Positions 47,873-59,534 are shown, counted from the first letter of the stretch. The stretch is DNA of 64,000 bases from Bacillota bacterium (GCA_050951805.1 JBMNJT010000004.1:64001-128000); one strand, 5' to 3'. A program made the numbers and translations. The notes: generated from the letters alone by a model not told the origin.

Positions 47873-50539
47873 GTGAGGAGAGCCAGCCTACTTCCGATGA
47901 TTGCTGTTGCACTCTCCGCCGTCTGCGCTTTTGGGGCATTCGCTGAAGAGTCGGAGCGCGTTGTCGATTCATCCTGTCAACAGATTGATTCAGGCAGATC
48001 CGGGCAGTGTTGTTACCATTGTGGTGGCGATTGAGAACCACAGTGCGGAGGCGGTAGATGTTGACCTCGGTTCGGAACTGCCTCAGTCGTGGTTTGCGTT
48101 CTTCGGAGACGAAACGGTCAGGCTGGCGCCGGGCGAAACCGAAATTCTGCCCATAGCGGCAATGATTCCCAAGAATGCGCCTGGCCGGAAGCTACGAAGT
48201 CCTCGTCCATGCGAGGTACACATGTCCGCGCATGAACGATCGTCAATCCTCAGAAATCCGGTTCACTGTGTTGGTAAACGAAGTCAGGAGTATCAGAGTT
48301 ACACTTGTCAATGCGCCGGATTACGTTGTGGACACTGCTTACACAGCATCATTTCTCCTGAGCAACCATGGCAATGTCGTGGAGGACTTGAAGCTCTCGA
48401 CCTGCGATATTCAGGGGGCGTACATCAAACTCGACCCTGCCTGGGTCAGCTTGGAGCCGGGCGGGAGCACTCCGATAGATGTGCATGTAATCTTGACTGC
48501 CGCTCCTGGAAGGGTCCTCGATCATACAGTACTTGTCAAAGCGGGAAACCGGGATTTGCTGTCGAACTGGGCGTCGGCCAGCGCTCGGGTGAAGGTGCTT
48601 CCGCAGAAGCTGAGCGATTCCGATGCCTACCACCATTTCCCCCTCAAGATCCAGCTGAGCGCAGGTGTGCTTGGGACATCTAATCGGGCGCAGCTCAAAG
48701 TGGCCGGGGCAGGCCCGCTTGCTCACGGGGGCAATGACAGACTACGCTTTGATCTATCAGATACGGGAGGGGTTGTCGAATACAGTGCTCCTGGAATGCG
48801 TCTGATATTAGGTGACGGCAGGTTCGGCCTGTCCCCGCTGACCGAATGGCAGGCCAAGGCGCGAGGCATAGGCGTGCAAATCAGTCAGGAAAGGGCGGGA
48901 CTCGAGCTCTATACTCACGATGGCGCTGGCTCTCCTAGGGTGGGGCTTAGGGCTGCCGCGACTTCTAGCAACGGGTCTTCGCTTTCCCTTCAGCTTTTGA
49001 CACAAGTAGAGCCCGCGACGAACATTCTCACAGTAAAAGGTGTGCACAGGATACCTGGCGTCGAAATCGATTGTGAGTATGGAATGCTGGCTAATGGGTC
49101 GAGTTCTGGCGCACAAGCGCTGCGTGCAAGCGGCAGGTCAAAACTTGGCCCGGTTGAGGCAGTTGTGACCGTTCAGAATGCGGATCGTGGCTACACCGCA
49201 ATAGACAATCCCGGGATTGACATGTCGTTGAAACTCAAAAGTCTCTCAAAGCTGCCCGTATCAGGCACCCTTCTGCTGCAAAAGCATGATGATGGGGAAT
49301 TGCATAGCCGCAAATTGGAAGCTAATGCCGTATGGAAGTTGGATTCGACTGAACTAGGATTGAAATACTCCGATACGGCGAAATGGGACGACGGTTCGGA
49401 TGATCTCGGCAGGTCTAGACAGGCCTCAGTCTCTCTCAACGTCTTCGATAGCAGCAATGCCTCTCTCAAGGAGGAGATTTCTGTGCAGAACTGCTCCGGC
49501 ATGTTGGGAAACCCCGGAAGTTGGACCGTGGCATATGCTCTCAAGAAGCAGTTGACTGAAAGCAGGTGGAAGTGGACCTCCTGCCTGAGTGCGAGTATGC
49601 CGTTGAGCCAAGGCGCTTCGGTACAGTGTTGGCTTGGGTGCAGACGCTTCATATCAAGTTGTGCCCGGGCTGGAGATGAGGGGCGGTTTTCGCGCAGGCA
49701 CAATGGGGCAGAGCGGCTTGACTGTGTCTGCAGGAGCGACGTACAAGCCATCTGATTGGGCGGCCCTATCGATCGATGCATCCTGCAAGATAGTGGACGG
49801 CGGGGTGCGTGACTTGGGAGTGAAGGTTGGCCAGACAGCCTTCTTCGATATTCCCCTAGCCCGCCGCTCAGACGTGGGGGAGATATCGGGAAAGGTTGTG
49901 GGCGTGGACGGTAAGGGTATGCCGGGTATCATAGTGAACGCGGGAGGGTTTTCGACCGTAACGGATTCATCCGGCACTTTCAGATTCCCTGCAGTGGTCG
50001 AAGGCGAGCAGTATGTATCGGTTAGCGTGCGTGAACTGGGCCCCGAGTATCTAGTGATGCCCTCGTCCGCCGTCAGTGTGAAGGTGGAACGGAACACCGA
50101 ATCCACAGTGCAATTGACTGTTGCCAGGTCGGGAAGGATCGAAGGTATTGTCAGATTCTCTTCTGACGAGGGAAGCCGTGCAGTGCCTGATGAAATGATA
50201 TGGCGTATTGCAGATGGTATATCGACTCAAAGTGCGCCCAAGCTGCTGTCAGGGCTGCTGGTGGAAGTATCCGGAGCTAGGCGGTACGTGGTTCCGCTTG
50301 ATTTCGAGGGCCGGTTTGCTATCGACCATCTCCCCCCAGGGGACTACAGGGTAACTATAGATCGGAGCTCTGTGCCTTCCCTTTACGAGCTGACTCCGTC
50401 AGCGATGAACATAACATTGGGCGAAGGTGAAAAGGCATCGGCTGAATTTGCTATCTACCAGGTACTTCGGGAATATGATTTCACTGAAGGTGGTGAGATT
50501 GGACACGAGCTAATAGTAGAGGGACAGCAAGAAAGGTAG
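47873..50539 (+). pseudogene. Large usher-like/outer-membrane-type protein split by three +1 frameshifts
   Basis: Signal peptide frame, then track ORFs 47901, 48175 and 49634 continue one another; Ig-like domains, amphipathic beta region and carboxypeptidase-regulatory-like C-terminal domains. Confidence 0.6.
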
Positions 50540-50878
50540 TTCAGGGAAATTGCGCGGGAGTTGAGGTGATCAGGCGACGCAGCGGTATCTGCTAATAGGG
50601 GTAAACCGCGTTCTGCATGTGGTATGTCTGCGAAGAAGGCCTTTCATCAAAATGGGACGTGCCATACCTATCCTCCATATGAGCAACGCCGACAAGGCGT
50701 TAGCCTCTCCAGATCACGGTGTTCAGCTCGAGGGCTGTACCGGGTTTTGCCTAAGAAATAGCCTTGTTCCCATGCTACACCCGGGGTATGATAAGAATTG
50801 GAATGAAATGATGTAGTTCGCTTGAATGGCTCCCTCGTTTTTGAAGAGCCGAGCTGTCTGATGAGGAGGAACACCATT

Positions 50879-52516
50879 ATGTCTGTAACAGAACTTCCGG
50901 CGTGGCGGGCTTTGGCTGAGCACCGTCTGGAGATGGAGAACATCCATATGCGCCAGCTGTTCGCATCCGACCCGGAAAGATTCGAGCGGTTTTCGATCGG
51001 GCTTGGGGATCTGCTCTTCGACTACTCCAAGAACCGCATTACAGACGAGACCATGTCTTTGCTATTCAACCTTGCCGAACAGGCCCGCCTTGCAGAGGCA
51101 ATAGAGGCGATGTTCAACGGCGAGCGGATAAACACGACAGAGAATCGCCCAGCGCTTCACGTGGCCTTGCGGAATCGATCCAATCGGCCCATCCTGGTGG
51201 ACGGCACGGACGTTATGCCTGAGGTAAATGCGGTGCTTTCTCAGATGCGCCGCTTTTCTGAGGCGGTGCGCAGCGGCGACTGGAAGGGCTACACCGGAAA
51301 GGCCATCACCGATGTTGTCAATATCGGGATTGGAGGATCAGATCTGGGTCCTCGCATGGTTGTGCACGCGCTAAAGCCCTACGGCCATGACCGCTTGCAC
51401 GTCCACTTTGTGTCGAATGTAGATCCCACGGACATTTCAGAAACCCTATCCGACCTTGCCCCAGAGACGACGCTCTTCCTCATCGCTTCGAAGACTTTCA
51501 CTACGCAAGAGACCATGATGAACGCCAATACGGCTCGAAATTGGCTTTTGCGCCATGCCGGAGAAGATGCAGCTGTAGCCAAGCACTTCGTGGCGATCTC
51601 CACCAATCGCGACGCGGTTGAAGCGTTCGGGATCGATCATCGCAACATGTTCGTCTTCTGGGATTGGGTTGGCGGCCGCTACTCGCTCTGGTCGGCCATT
51701 GGACTTTCGATAGCTCTCTATGTGGGCATGGACGATTTCGAATCTCTGCTCGCAGGCGCGCACAAAGTAGACGAGCACTTTCGCACTGCGCCCTTGGACC
51801 GGAACATCCCGGCTATAATGGGGTTGCTCGGCATATGGTACAACAACTTCTGGGGTGCCGAGACCTGCGCTGTTCTCCCTTACGATCAGTACTTGGCTTA
51901 TTTCCCCGATTACCTGCAGCAAGCGGACATGGAAAGCAACGGCAAGAGCGTGACCAGGACGGGGGGGCCGGTGGACTATCAGACTGGGCCAGTACTTTGG
52001 GGACAACCAGGAACCAACGGGCAACACGCTTTCTATCAGCTCATTCACCAGGGCACGAAGCTGGTCCCGTGCGATTTTCTGGCTGCAGCTCAGAGCCATA
52101 ATCCCATTGGCGACCATCATGAAGTGCTTGTAGCCAACTTCCTGGCGCAGACAGAGGCGCTCATGAAGGGCCGAACTTCCGACGAGACCCGGGCGGAGCT
52201 TGCGGCTCAAGGCTGCACTGGTCAAGAGCTGGAGTTGCTGACCGCTGCGAAGACCTTTGAAGGAAACAAGCCTACGAACACGTTCCTTTACAAGAAGCTT
52301 ACTCCTGAAACCCTTGGCATGTTGATCGCTCTGTACGAGCACAAGATATTCACTCAGGGCGTTATTTGGAATGTGAACAGTTATGACCAGATGGGGGTCG
52401 AGCTAGGGAAGGAACTCGCCAGCAAGATTTTGCCCGAGCTGAAGGACGTCAGGCCCGCAGTCGGTCATGACAGCAGCACTGTCGGGCTAATCAATGCGTT
52501 CAAAAGCATGAGATAG
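50879..52516 (+). CDS. pgi: Glucose-6-phosphate isomerase
   Basis: [49 protein letters not shown]. Confidence 0.97.
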   Translation: MSVTELPAWRALAEHRLEMENIHMRQLFASDPERFERFSIGLGDLLFDYSKNRITDETMSLLFNLAEQARLAEAIEAMFNGERINTTENRPALHVALRNRSNRPILVDGTDVMPEVNAVLSQMRRFSEAVRSGDWKGYTGKAITDVVNIGIGGSDLGPRMVVHALKPYGHDRLHVHFVSNVDPTDISETLSDLAPETTLFLIASKTFTTQETMMNANTARNWLLRHAGEDAAVAKHFVAISTNRDAVEAFGIDHRNMFVFWDWVGGRYSLWSAIGLSIALYVGMDDFESLLAGAHKVDEHFRTAPLDRNIPAIMGLLGIWYNNFWGAETCAVLPYDQYLAYFPDYLQQADMESNGKSVTRTGGPVDYQTGPVLWGQPGTNGQHAFYQLIHQGTKLVPCDFLAAAQSHNPIGDHHEVLVANFLAQTEALMKGRTSDETRAELAAQGCTGQELELLTAAKTFEGNKPTNTFLYKKLTPETLGMLIALYEHKIFTQGVIWNVNSYDQMGVELGKELASKILPELKDVRPAVGHDSSTVGLINAFKSMR

Positions 52517-52698
52517 CCGATGATGTCATCCGTTTGGCAGCCGGAGAGTTCGTAGTTCGGCGGTCAAAATGTGCATAGCTAACTATGCCTGGGGCCAGTG
52601 GTTGCTCTCCATTCTTAGCTATATATGCATGCAAGTCTGTGCGAGTTGGCGGCGAAGCATCCTTGAAAAGAAAAGCCGAGAAGAACGGAGGCGTGCCG

Positions 52699-53919
52699 GT
52701 GAAGTTCATGTCGAACATTATGGCCTTCATAAAGAGGTCGGAATCGAATGTGATAGCAATCAGGCCCAATGAGTACCTGTTTCTTTGTGATGAGAATGGA
52801 CACGATATGGCTGCTCTGATCGCGTATTCGCCTGAAATGAAGATGGACATGCTAAGCGAGTTCAAACAAGACGCAAGTGCCCAGTATGCGTCCGGTTACA
52901 GCGCAGTGACTGGAGCGATAGTCGACAAGCTTGGCGCGGTGGGACCGGTCATGATGAGCGGGGCGAGAGCCGGCGAATTGATGCAGATTGTTGCGCCCCC
53001 CGAGATTGTGAAGGCTTTGGCGGATGGATCGGTGAAGCTGATGCAGACGCCGACTGGGGCTACAAGCAGCGTGGTAGCTGAGGGATCCTCGAGAATAGTG
53101 GGCCAGGTTAGGTTAGCGCCGGCAAATGTTGCGCCAATAGTTGCTCCTGTTGTTCTCTATCAAATTCTAAATGCCATTGCAGGTGCGCATCAACTGAGCA
53201 AGATCAACGCTCGTTTAGACAGCCTTCAAAGGGCTATAGATTCCGTAATCTTCCGTCAACAGGCGAACTCATATGCCCGACTCTATGCCGCCATCGATGC
53301 GTTGCAAGAACTGGATAGAGAGTATTGCGCTATCGGAATGTTTACGGATGACATGCGCTGGAGGCTTTCTATAGCTACGAATGATATTCAGGCTGTAAAC
53401 TATGAAAGCAGCTTTATCATTGGCCGCTTTAAGCGCATGAGCGAAGATCTGATAAGATCATCCCATAAAAGGCAGGGTGCGATACAGGCGAATACAATGC
53501 TGAACGAAGAGTCGAATGTGTACATGTTGGATGCGGCCATATACGTGACTGCGGTCAAGGCGGGGCTCATGGCTGAGCAGATGTGGATAAGGCACGATCT
53601 TCAGTTTGTCCCTGAATATGTTGGGTATAGGCTTGCCGACTTGAATTGCGAGATTGAAGAGCTGAAAGAGACTGTTCCGCCAATGCGTTATATCGAGGAG
53701 CTTCAGGATCACGCGGATAGCTGTTTGCGGGAAATGCGGTCGTTACAAAGATGGACCAGCCCGCGGCTGAGTAAGGAGATACGAAGCCGCTCTGAGCAAT
53801 TTGCGTCAATGCAGGAAGATGATTCTCGGCAATATACTGCTCAATCGTTGTTCATATGGGAAGACGATAAGGGCGAAATCAAAGCCTTATCCGGAGTGGA
53901 GGCGATCGATACAAAATAG
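52699..53919 (+). CDS. Hypothetical protein (helical/coiled-coil); start uncertain
   Basis: About 400-codon ORF with GGAGG RBS; no family recognised. Confidence 0.75.
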   Translation: MKFMSNIMAFIKRSESNVIAIRPNEYLFLCDENGHDMAALIAYSPEMKMDMLSEFKQDASAQYASGYSAVTGAIVDKLGAVGPVMMSGARAGELMQIVAPPEIVKALADGSVKLMQTPTGATSSVVAEGSSRIVGQVRLAPANVAPIVAPVVLYQILNAIAGAHQLSKINARLDSLQRAIDSVIFRQQANSYARLYAAIDALQELDREYCAIGMFTDDMRWRLSIATNDIQAVNYESSFIIGRFKRMSEDLIRSSHKRQGAIQANTMLNEESNVYMLDAAIYVTAVKAGLMAEQMWIRHDLQFVPEYVGYRLADLNCEIEELKETVPPMRYIEELQDHADSCLREMRSLQRWTSPRLSKEIRSRSEQFASMQEDDSRQYTAQSLFIWEDDKGEIKALSGVEAIDTK

Positions 53920-54340
53920 ACGTTACCGCTGCCACAGCGCTTCGGTTCGGCTACAGTTCGTCTGCTTCGTCGATGTTGCATGCGATGCAAAACTCCGCAG
54001 TGTGATGAGGACCCTCTGACGGTTGGCCATTCGACGGGCACTGCAACCGGATCATAATTCTCTTTGCCGTATTGCATAGAAAGGCCATTGATATAATAGT
54101 GTGTGCCGCTTCCCAGCTGGACGCCATGGGCAGAATCGATGTGGCCAGAGCAAAAGGAATGCCAAATGGGATGGCGAGTTGGCTCCCGATCATCCTATTT
54201 CCAAAGATCGGGATGGATGTCTCTTGGTCAAGCCCTGCGTCTTTTGGAATATCGTAGTCCTCACGGAATGGCGGGCTACGCGAATCTGCCCAAAAATAGT
54301 GAACGAGTCTGATCGTATTAGGAAAGTCAATGCCACAAAA

Positions 54341-54356
54341 TGTTTCATGTGAAACA
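54341..54356. promoter_or_regulatory. parS site
   Basis: TGTTTCATGTGAAACA, one mismatch from consensus. Confidence 0.85.
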
Positions 54357-54520
54357 TTTGACTATGCATTATGCACATAGATGTCCAGAAAACTCTGCTT
54401 TTCATGGCATAAACTCGGTCTGCTCCCGTCTGGCACCTGGGCGAGTTGTTGGCCTCAGCAAGGAGCTGAGGTCCGGACGCATATGCCCTTCTAACATGAG
54501 CGTTCGGGGACGCTGCACGG

Positions 54521-55220
54521 TCAGAACGACCAGTCTTCCCTGGCGAAGCCCCAGCCTGTCTTATCCATCTCCTTGAGGAATCTCGCCAGATAATCTGAAA
54601 GAGCTCCTATCATCTTCTCGCCTTGCTCCCGCGTATCCCCGGTCGCTTTGGTCCTGGAGATCTGGGGTATCGTGGTCTTGATGCTCACTTCAGCCGGGCT
54701 GGCCGGCCACTCGCCCCGTGCTGCATCCATATCAACCAGGTCAGGCACGATCGCCAGCCCTGCAGCTGTTTTGGCTTCGCCGGCGTGCCCAAGGCCGTTC
54801 TCTAGGCCAAAGGTTCCCGGCGGACACAGGCGCGGCCCCGATATCCACCAAGCGTACGACACTGCCGCCTTGGCTGAAGGATACTCTCGGCCAAGGCGTC
54901 TCAAGGCGATGTCGATGGCAGAGTTGTTCCCGCCATGGCCGTTTATGAGGAGAAAACGATCGATGCCTTGGACGATACAGGACTCCAGTAATTCGAAGAC
55001 TACTTGGGAGAGGGTTTCAGGACGGAGACTTAAGTTAAAGGGATACGGCATCAGCGGTCCGTTCTGCTATGGCGTATGCGGCGTAGGTGTCCATGCCCAT
55101 GGGAAGATGATAGCCGTGGCTCTCGGTTGCGCCGATAACAAGAATAGCTTTGTTGAAGTGGGATGCTTCGAACCTGTGCCGGTTGAGCTTTTCCAGTCTG
55201 AATTCGTTTACCTTTGACAT
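54521..55220 (-). pseudogene. Creatininase-family amidohydrolase, frameshifted
   Basis: GATESHGYHLPMGMD in one frame, INGHGGN and HAGE in another; intervening segment appears deleted near 55050. Confidence 0.8.
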
Positions 55221-55233
55221 CTGCGCTGCCTCC

Positions 55234-56010
55234 TCAGTCAAGCCTGGCCATGACCATTAACTCTATCTCATCCATCAAAAGAGGACGACGCCCCCAATTT
55301 CCTGCAGTGCCGCCCCAGATGTGCTCCACGCTGAACCCCGTTATGTTCAGCATCAGCGTCAGCTCCATTGGGGTGAAGGCTTTCTCCCTTATCACGGAGG
55401 ATAATATGTTTTCCGGCAGTTCGTTGCGGATGTCGTCGGCTATGAACGAGCCTATGGGATGGATTTGGCACAAGGCAATGTTGTCGAATCTTCCTGCGGC
55501 TACATCATCATCGCTGTACATGCGTATAGTCCTGAGGGCGTTGAGAGCAGTAAGAAGGAAGGGGCCCTTTGGAACCAGGGCTGAAGCGATGCCCCTCAAT
55601 ATGGAGATGTCGCGGTCTGCGGCGTTTTCGCCTGAGTTGAGGAGGCCGAAAGCTCCTTCGCACAAGCATATGCATGCATCGTAAGTGCGGTCCAATTTGA
55701 GCTCGGTGGCATCTTGGCGCAGCCACTTCACATCGACTCTCGCCTGTTCTGCTCTGCGGGCAGCCTCATGAAGCATTCCTTCGGATATGTCTACGCCAGT
55801 GACCTGATATCCCCGGTTGGCAAGTTCAACGCTATGCCGTCCGACACCGCAACCTACGTCGAGCACCGATGCGCCAGGCTCAAGGGCCATTATTTCTATT
55901 ATGAAGTCAACCTCTCTGCAGGTGTTGAGGGTGAAAGGCTCGTCCATGTAATAGGGCGCATAGATGTCGAAGAAGCTTTTCCATTCACGGGTCGAATCGT
56001 GCTCAGGCAA
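55234..56010 (-). CDS. Class I SAM-dependent methyltransferase
   Basis: VLDVGCGVGRH, GVDISEGML; TTG start after GAGGAGG. Confidence 0.9.
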   Translation of the reverse strand: MPEHDSTREWKSFFDIYAPYYMDEPFTLNTCREVDFIIEIMALEPGASVLDVGCGVGRHSVELANRGYQVTGVDISEGMLHEAARRAEQARVDVKWLRQDATELKLDRTYDACICLCEGAFGLLNSGENAADRDISILRGIASALVPKGPFLLTALNALRTIRMYSDDDVAAGRFDNIALCQIHPIGSFIADDIRNELPENILSSVIREKAFTPMELTLMLNITGFSVEHIWGGTAGNWGRRPLLMDEIELMVMARLD

Positions 56011-56455
56011 AGCTATTCCTCCTCGCGTTATCTTTACCCTGTTTGTTCTGTGTGCGGAGGTCTCTTCCTGCATCGCCCTGACGATGTTGACACCGTTGTG
56101 CCAAGGGCAATCCGGGATTCCCCTGAGCTCGATGAGCAGCTAGCCGAGGCAACCGGGCGTTTTGAAAGGTGTATCGCCGTAGAGGTTTTATTAGAGTATG
56201 GAGTCAAGCTCGACAGAAAGTTGATCGGAACGAGAACCCTAGGGATAAGCGCGGCAAGGTTTGGTTTGATTGGGCCAGTGCCAGATGCGCCTGGGATGCT
56301 TCGTGGCCTCCGAGCTATGTGCCAGGCATAATCTCTCAGGCGTTTGCTGATGATCCGAAGTACTGTTGGCGCCTTCGGGCCGCTGTGCATCGACGGAGGA
56401 GGCCAGAGGCGGCAGCCGCCTCTGGCTCGGTTACGAGCATAGCATAACGAACTGC

Positions 56456-58576
56456 TCAGGCCAGCCCAAAAAGGCGACCCACTTGATAGATTATGACTGC
56501 AAGCGTCCACCCGAGCACGAGAGTATATGCCACGGCGAAAGCCGTCCATCGCCGAGAACCTGTCTCCCTGCGTATGGCCGCAATCGTGGCTGTGCACGGT
56601 ATGTATGTGAGGGCCATAACCATGAATGAATAGGCCGCGAGCGGGGTCCAGCTGGCTCTGATCGCAGCGATGAGTCCCGCTTCCCCTGTTGTGCCGTAGA
56701 GGACTCCCAGGGTGCCGACGATGAGCTCCTTGGCTATCACCCCAAAGAGCAAGGCCGCTGCTGCTTGCCATTGGCCGAAGCCTGCGGGGGCAAGAATGGG
56801 AGCTATTGCCTTTCCAATTCTCCCTATCAGCGAATCCGGGCTGCCGGGATCGACGCCTGGCGGCAGATTGGACAATGCCCATACCAGGACGACTGAGAGC
56901 AGGATGACTGTGCCTGCCTTCTCCAGGAATTCCTTTCCCCTTTCCCACGTCTGAATCAGGACCCCGGATATTCTCGGCATGCGATACGGCGGCAGTTCAA
57001 GGACGAATGTGGCCTCGTCATCCGGTTCCACAAATAGGCTCAATACCTTGGCAACGATGAAAGCTAGCACAACTCCGAGGGCGTACAAGGAGAAGACAAC
57101 CAGTCCGCGGCGGCTTTCGAAGAAAGCTGTGGCGAACAGTACGTACACAGGTAGACGCGCTGCGCAGGATATTAGAGGGTTAATCAATATGGATATAAGG
57201 CGGTCGCGCTTGCTGTCCAGGCTTCTGGTGGCCAGAATGCCCGTGACGTTGCATCCGAACCCGAGGATCATCGGGATGAAGGCTTTCCCGTGAAGCCCGA
57301 CTGACCGCATCAGCCTGTCTGATAGCACTGCAGCCCTTGCCATGTAGCCCACGTCTTCAAGAAGTGAGATCATCAAAAAAAGCATGAATATTGGCGGTGC
57401 GAACTCCAATACGGCCCCTAGTCCCCCGACTACGCCTTCTACGAGCAAGCCAATAACGATATTGGGTGTTCCCGCCGCTTCCAGAGAACCTGCAAGCCAG
57501 GTGCCGAATGTTGCAAATAAGCCGCTGAGTGCGTCTGCAATTGGCTCGCTGAGGGTAAATGTTATCTGAAACATTAGCCATACTACGACGAAGAATATGG
57601 GATATGCGAGCCACGGATGGAGCACGAACTTGTCGATACGCTGCGTAGGAGTGATCTCGGCGTCATCTGGGCGTGAGACTATGACGGACGCGGAGATGCT
57701 TGCCGCAAGTTCGTAGCGCTTTTCGGCAATCAAGTCCACAGCTTCACGGCCTGCTGCCTTCTTTACGCGCGCGCAGGCCTCCTCTGCTGCGACTTCGAGT
57801 TCGGCAATTAGCTTTCCATAGGCCGTGTTGGCCTGTTCATTCGCTGAATTCCTGATTTCCTGCAAAATGTCGGCGTCTTTTTCAAGCAGCTTTATGGCCA
57901 GCCACCGCGCAGATCGTCTACGGCAGAGATCCGGGACGCCGGCAAGTGCCTGCTCGAGCAGGGCAATTTCCTTCTCCAAAATGGGGCCGTAGTCTATCCA
58001 GTATGAAGGCGTTCCGGCATCGGCGGGTTTTTCTACATCTTCGAGGCCTTCAGCCCCGGCGACCGCATTGGCAGTCTTGAGGGCGAGATCGACTAGTTCC
58101 TCGACTCCTCTTCCATGAACGGCAGCTGTGGGCACGACCCCGACTCCGAGGTGGTTCGACAGCTCATCTATGTCTATATCGAGGCCGAGCTCTTCAGCCT
58201 CGTCTATCATGTTCAGTGCCACAATGGTGGGCACGCCCATCTCCAGCATCTGAAGGGTTAGGTAGAGGTTTCTTTCGAGATTCGTAGCGTCAACGACGTT
58301 TATTGCCACGTCTGGGTGCTCGTGCATGATGAAGTTACGGGCAATTACCTCATCCAGCGCTCGCGAGCTGAAAGCGTAAGTACCCGGCAGGTCCACGACT
58401 AATGCTGAGGTGTCGCCTCTTGTCAATGTGCCCTCTTTTCGCTCTACTGTGACTCCGGGCCAATTGCCCACGTGTTGTCTTGACCCTGTCATTGCATTGA
58501 AAAGGGCTGTCTTCCCTGAGTTGGGGTTGCCCGCAATTGCTATGACAGGCCTAGAGTGTGCACTTGAATGGTTCAT
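56456..58576 (-). CDS. feoB: Ferrous iron transporter B
   Basis: GNPNSGKT, VGNWPGVTVE, DLPGTY, GFGCN, ELPPY. Confidence 0.97.
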   Translation of the reverse strand: MNHSSAHSRPVIAIAGNPNSGKTALFNAMTGSRQHVGNWPGVTVERKEGTLTRGDTSALVVDLPGTYAFSSRALDEVIARNFIMHEHPDVAINVVDATNLERNLYLTLQMLEMGVPTIVALNMIDEAEELGLDIDIDELSNHLGVGVVPTAAVHGRGVEELVDLALKTANAVAGAEGLEDVEKPADAGTPSYWIDYGPILEKEIALLEQALAGVPDLCRRRSARWLAIKLLEKDADILQEIRNSANEQANTAYGKLIAELEVAAEEACARVKKAAGREAVDLIAEKRYELAASISASVIVSRPDDAEITPTQRIDKFVLHPWLAYPIFFVVVWLMFQITFTLSEPIADALSGLFATFGTWLAGSLEAAGTPNIVIGLLVEGVVGGLGAVLEFAPPIFMLFLMISLLEDVGYMARAAVLSDRLMRSVGLHGKAFIPMILGFGCNVTGILATRSLDSKRDRLISILINPLISCAARLPVYVLFATAFFESRRGLVVFSLYALGVVLAFIVAKVLSLFVEPDDEATFVLELPPYRMPRISGVLIQTWERGKEFLEKAGTVILLSVVLVWALSNLPPGVDPGSPDSLIGRIGKAIAPILAPAGFGQWQAAAALLFGVIAKELIVGTLGVLYGTTGEAGLIAAIRASWTPLAAYSFMVMALTYIPCTATIAAIRRETGSRRWTAFAVAYTLVLGWTLAVIIYQVGRLFGLA

Positions 58577-58636
58577 CTCATTGTGCCTCCGTAGATGATT
58601 CGTGTAAATAATGTATAAAGCCTAAAAGACGCATAA

Positions 58637-58656
58637 TAGTTACCAACGCCTAACTT
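58637..58656. promoter_or_regulatory. Putative DtxR/MntR operator upstream of feoB
   Basis: TAGTTAC-CAACGC-CTAACTT imperfect palindrome similar to 59535-59554. Confidence 0.55.
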
Positions 58657-58703
58657 TTGGTCCAAAAAGAGTGCGCCCAATGGACGCCCGTGCGAGTATT
58701 TCT

Positions 58704-59096
58704 CTATTCAGTGCAATCTGCTTTCCTGTGTTGATGGCGCCCGCTTTCCCGCAGGCATTTATCGCCTGAGGCCGCCACCTGTCCATGTCTGTGGCGTCGA
58801 CGGAACGGCCCGTGATTTTCCAGCTTGCATGCTTCCGAGCAGGGCCTGTCAGCACACGGTATGACGGATATGCCTGCCGCTTCGCCTCTTCGCAGACCGA
58901 GGCGGCAGCCGCGGGCACACACTATCAGGGGATCTCCGAAGGGCGCTGTCCCTTCTATGCAGACTTCTGTTCCAGGGGTCAAGCCCATATCCATCAACCG
59001 TCTCCTGAGTGGTCCCTCACAATCTATGCTCAGGATTGTTCCCCGATCGCCCGGATTGAGTTGGCTGAGGGATATTGCTCCGTTAGCATCGCTCAT
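58704..59096 (-). CDS. feoA: FeoA with Cys/His-rich extension
   Basis: RRRLMDMGLTPG, APFGDP, LRRGEA. Confidence 0.92.
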   Translation of the reverse strand: MSDANGAISLSQLNPGDRGTILSIDCEGPLRRRLMDMGLTPGTEVCIEGTAPFGDPLIVCARGCRLGLRRGEAAGISVIPCADRPCSEACKLENHGPFRRRHRHGQVAASGDKCLRESGRHQHRKADCTE

Positions 59097-59482
59097 TCCG
59101 CGTCTCTCCTCTCCATGAATTCAACTAGTCCGTTCATTGTGTCTTTGCTGACTACATGCTCTATCTGGCACGCATCTTCTTCTGCTATGTGTTCGGCCAC
59201 GCCTAGCACCGATACGAGAAAGGCTTTGATGGTGTGGTGGCGCCTGGACACGGCTCGAGCCTGTTCGTCCCCGGAGTCTGTGAGAAAGACTGGACCGTAC
59301 TTTTCGCGCTCAATTAGGCCGCGATCGACCAAAAGCCCCATTGCCTGATTGACGCTGGCTTTCGATACGCCGAGCTTATCAGCTATATCGGTGGTACGGG
59401 CAGCACCGCTTTCGTCCGCCACTTCCAGCACGGCTTCGAGGTAATCTTCGAGCGACGGCGATATTGGCGTTGAGTTCTTCAC
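59093..59482 (-). CDS. DtxR/MntR family metal-dependent repressor
   Basis: EDYLEA, DIADKLGVSKASV, RHH, DACQIEH. Confidence 0.93.
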   Translation of the reverse strand: MKNSTPISPSLEDYLEAVLEVADESGAARTTDIADKLGVSKASVNQAMGLLVDRGLIEREKYGPVFLTDSGDEQARAVSRRHHTIKAFLVSVLGVAEHIAEEDACQIEHVVSKDTMNGLVEFMERRDAE

Positions 59483-59534
59483 TTCTTTCTCCCACCTTCA
59501 TACTGAGGCGGCCGATCTGGATCAGCCGAAAGCT

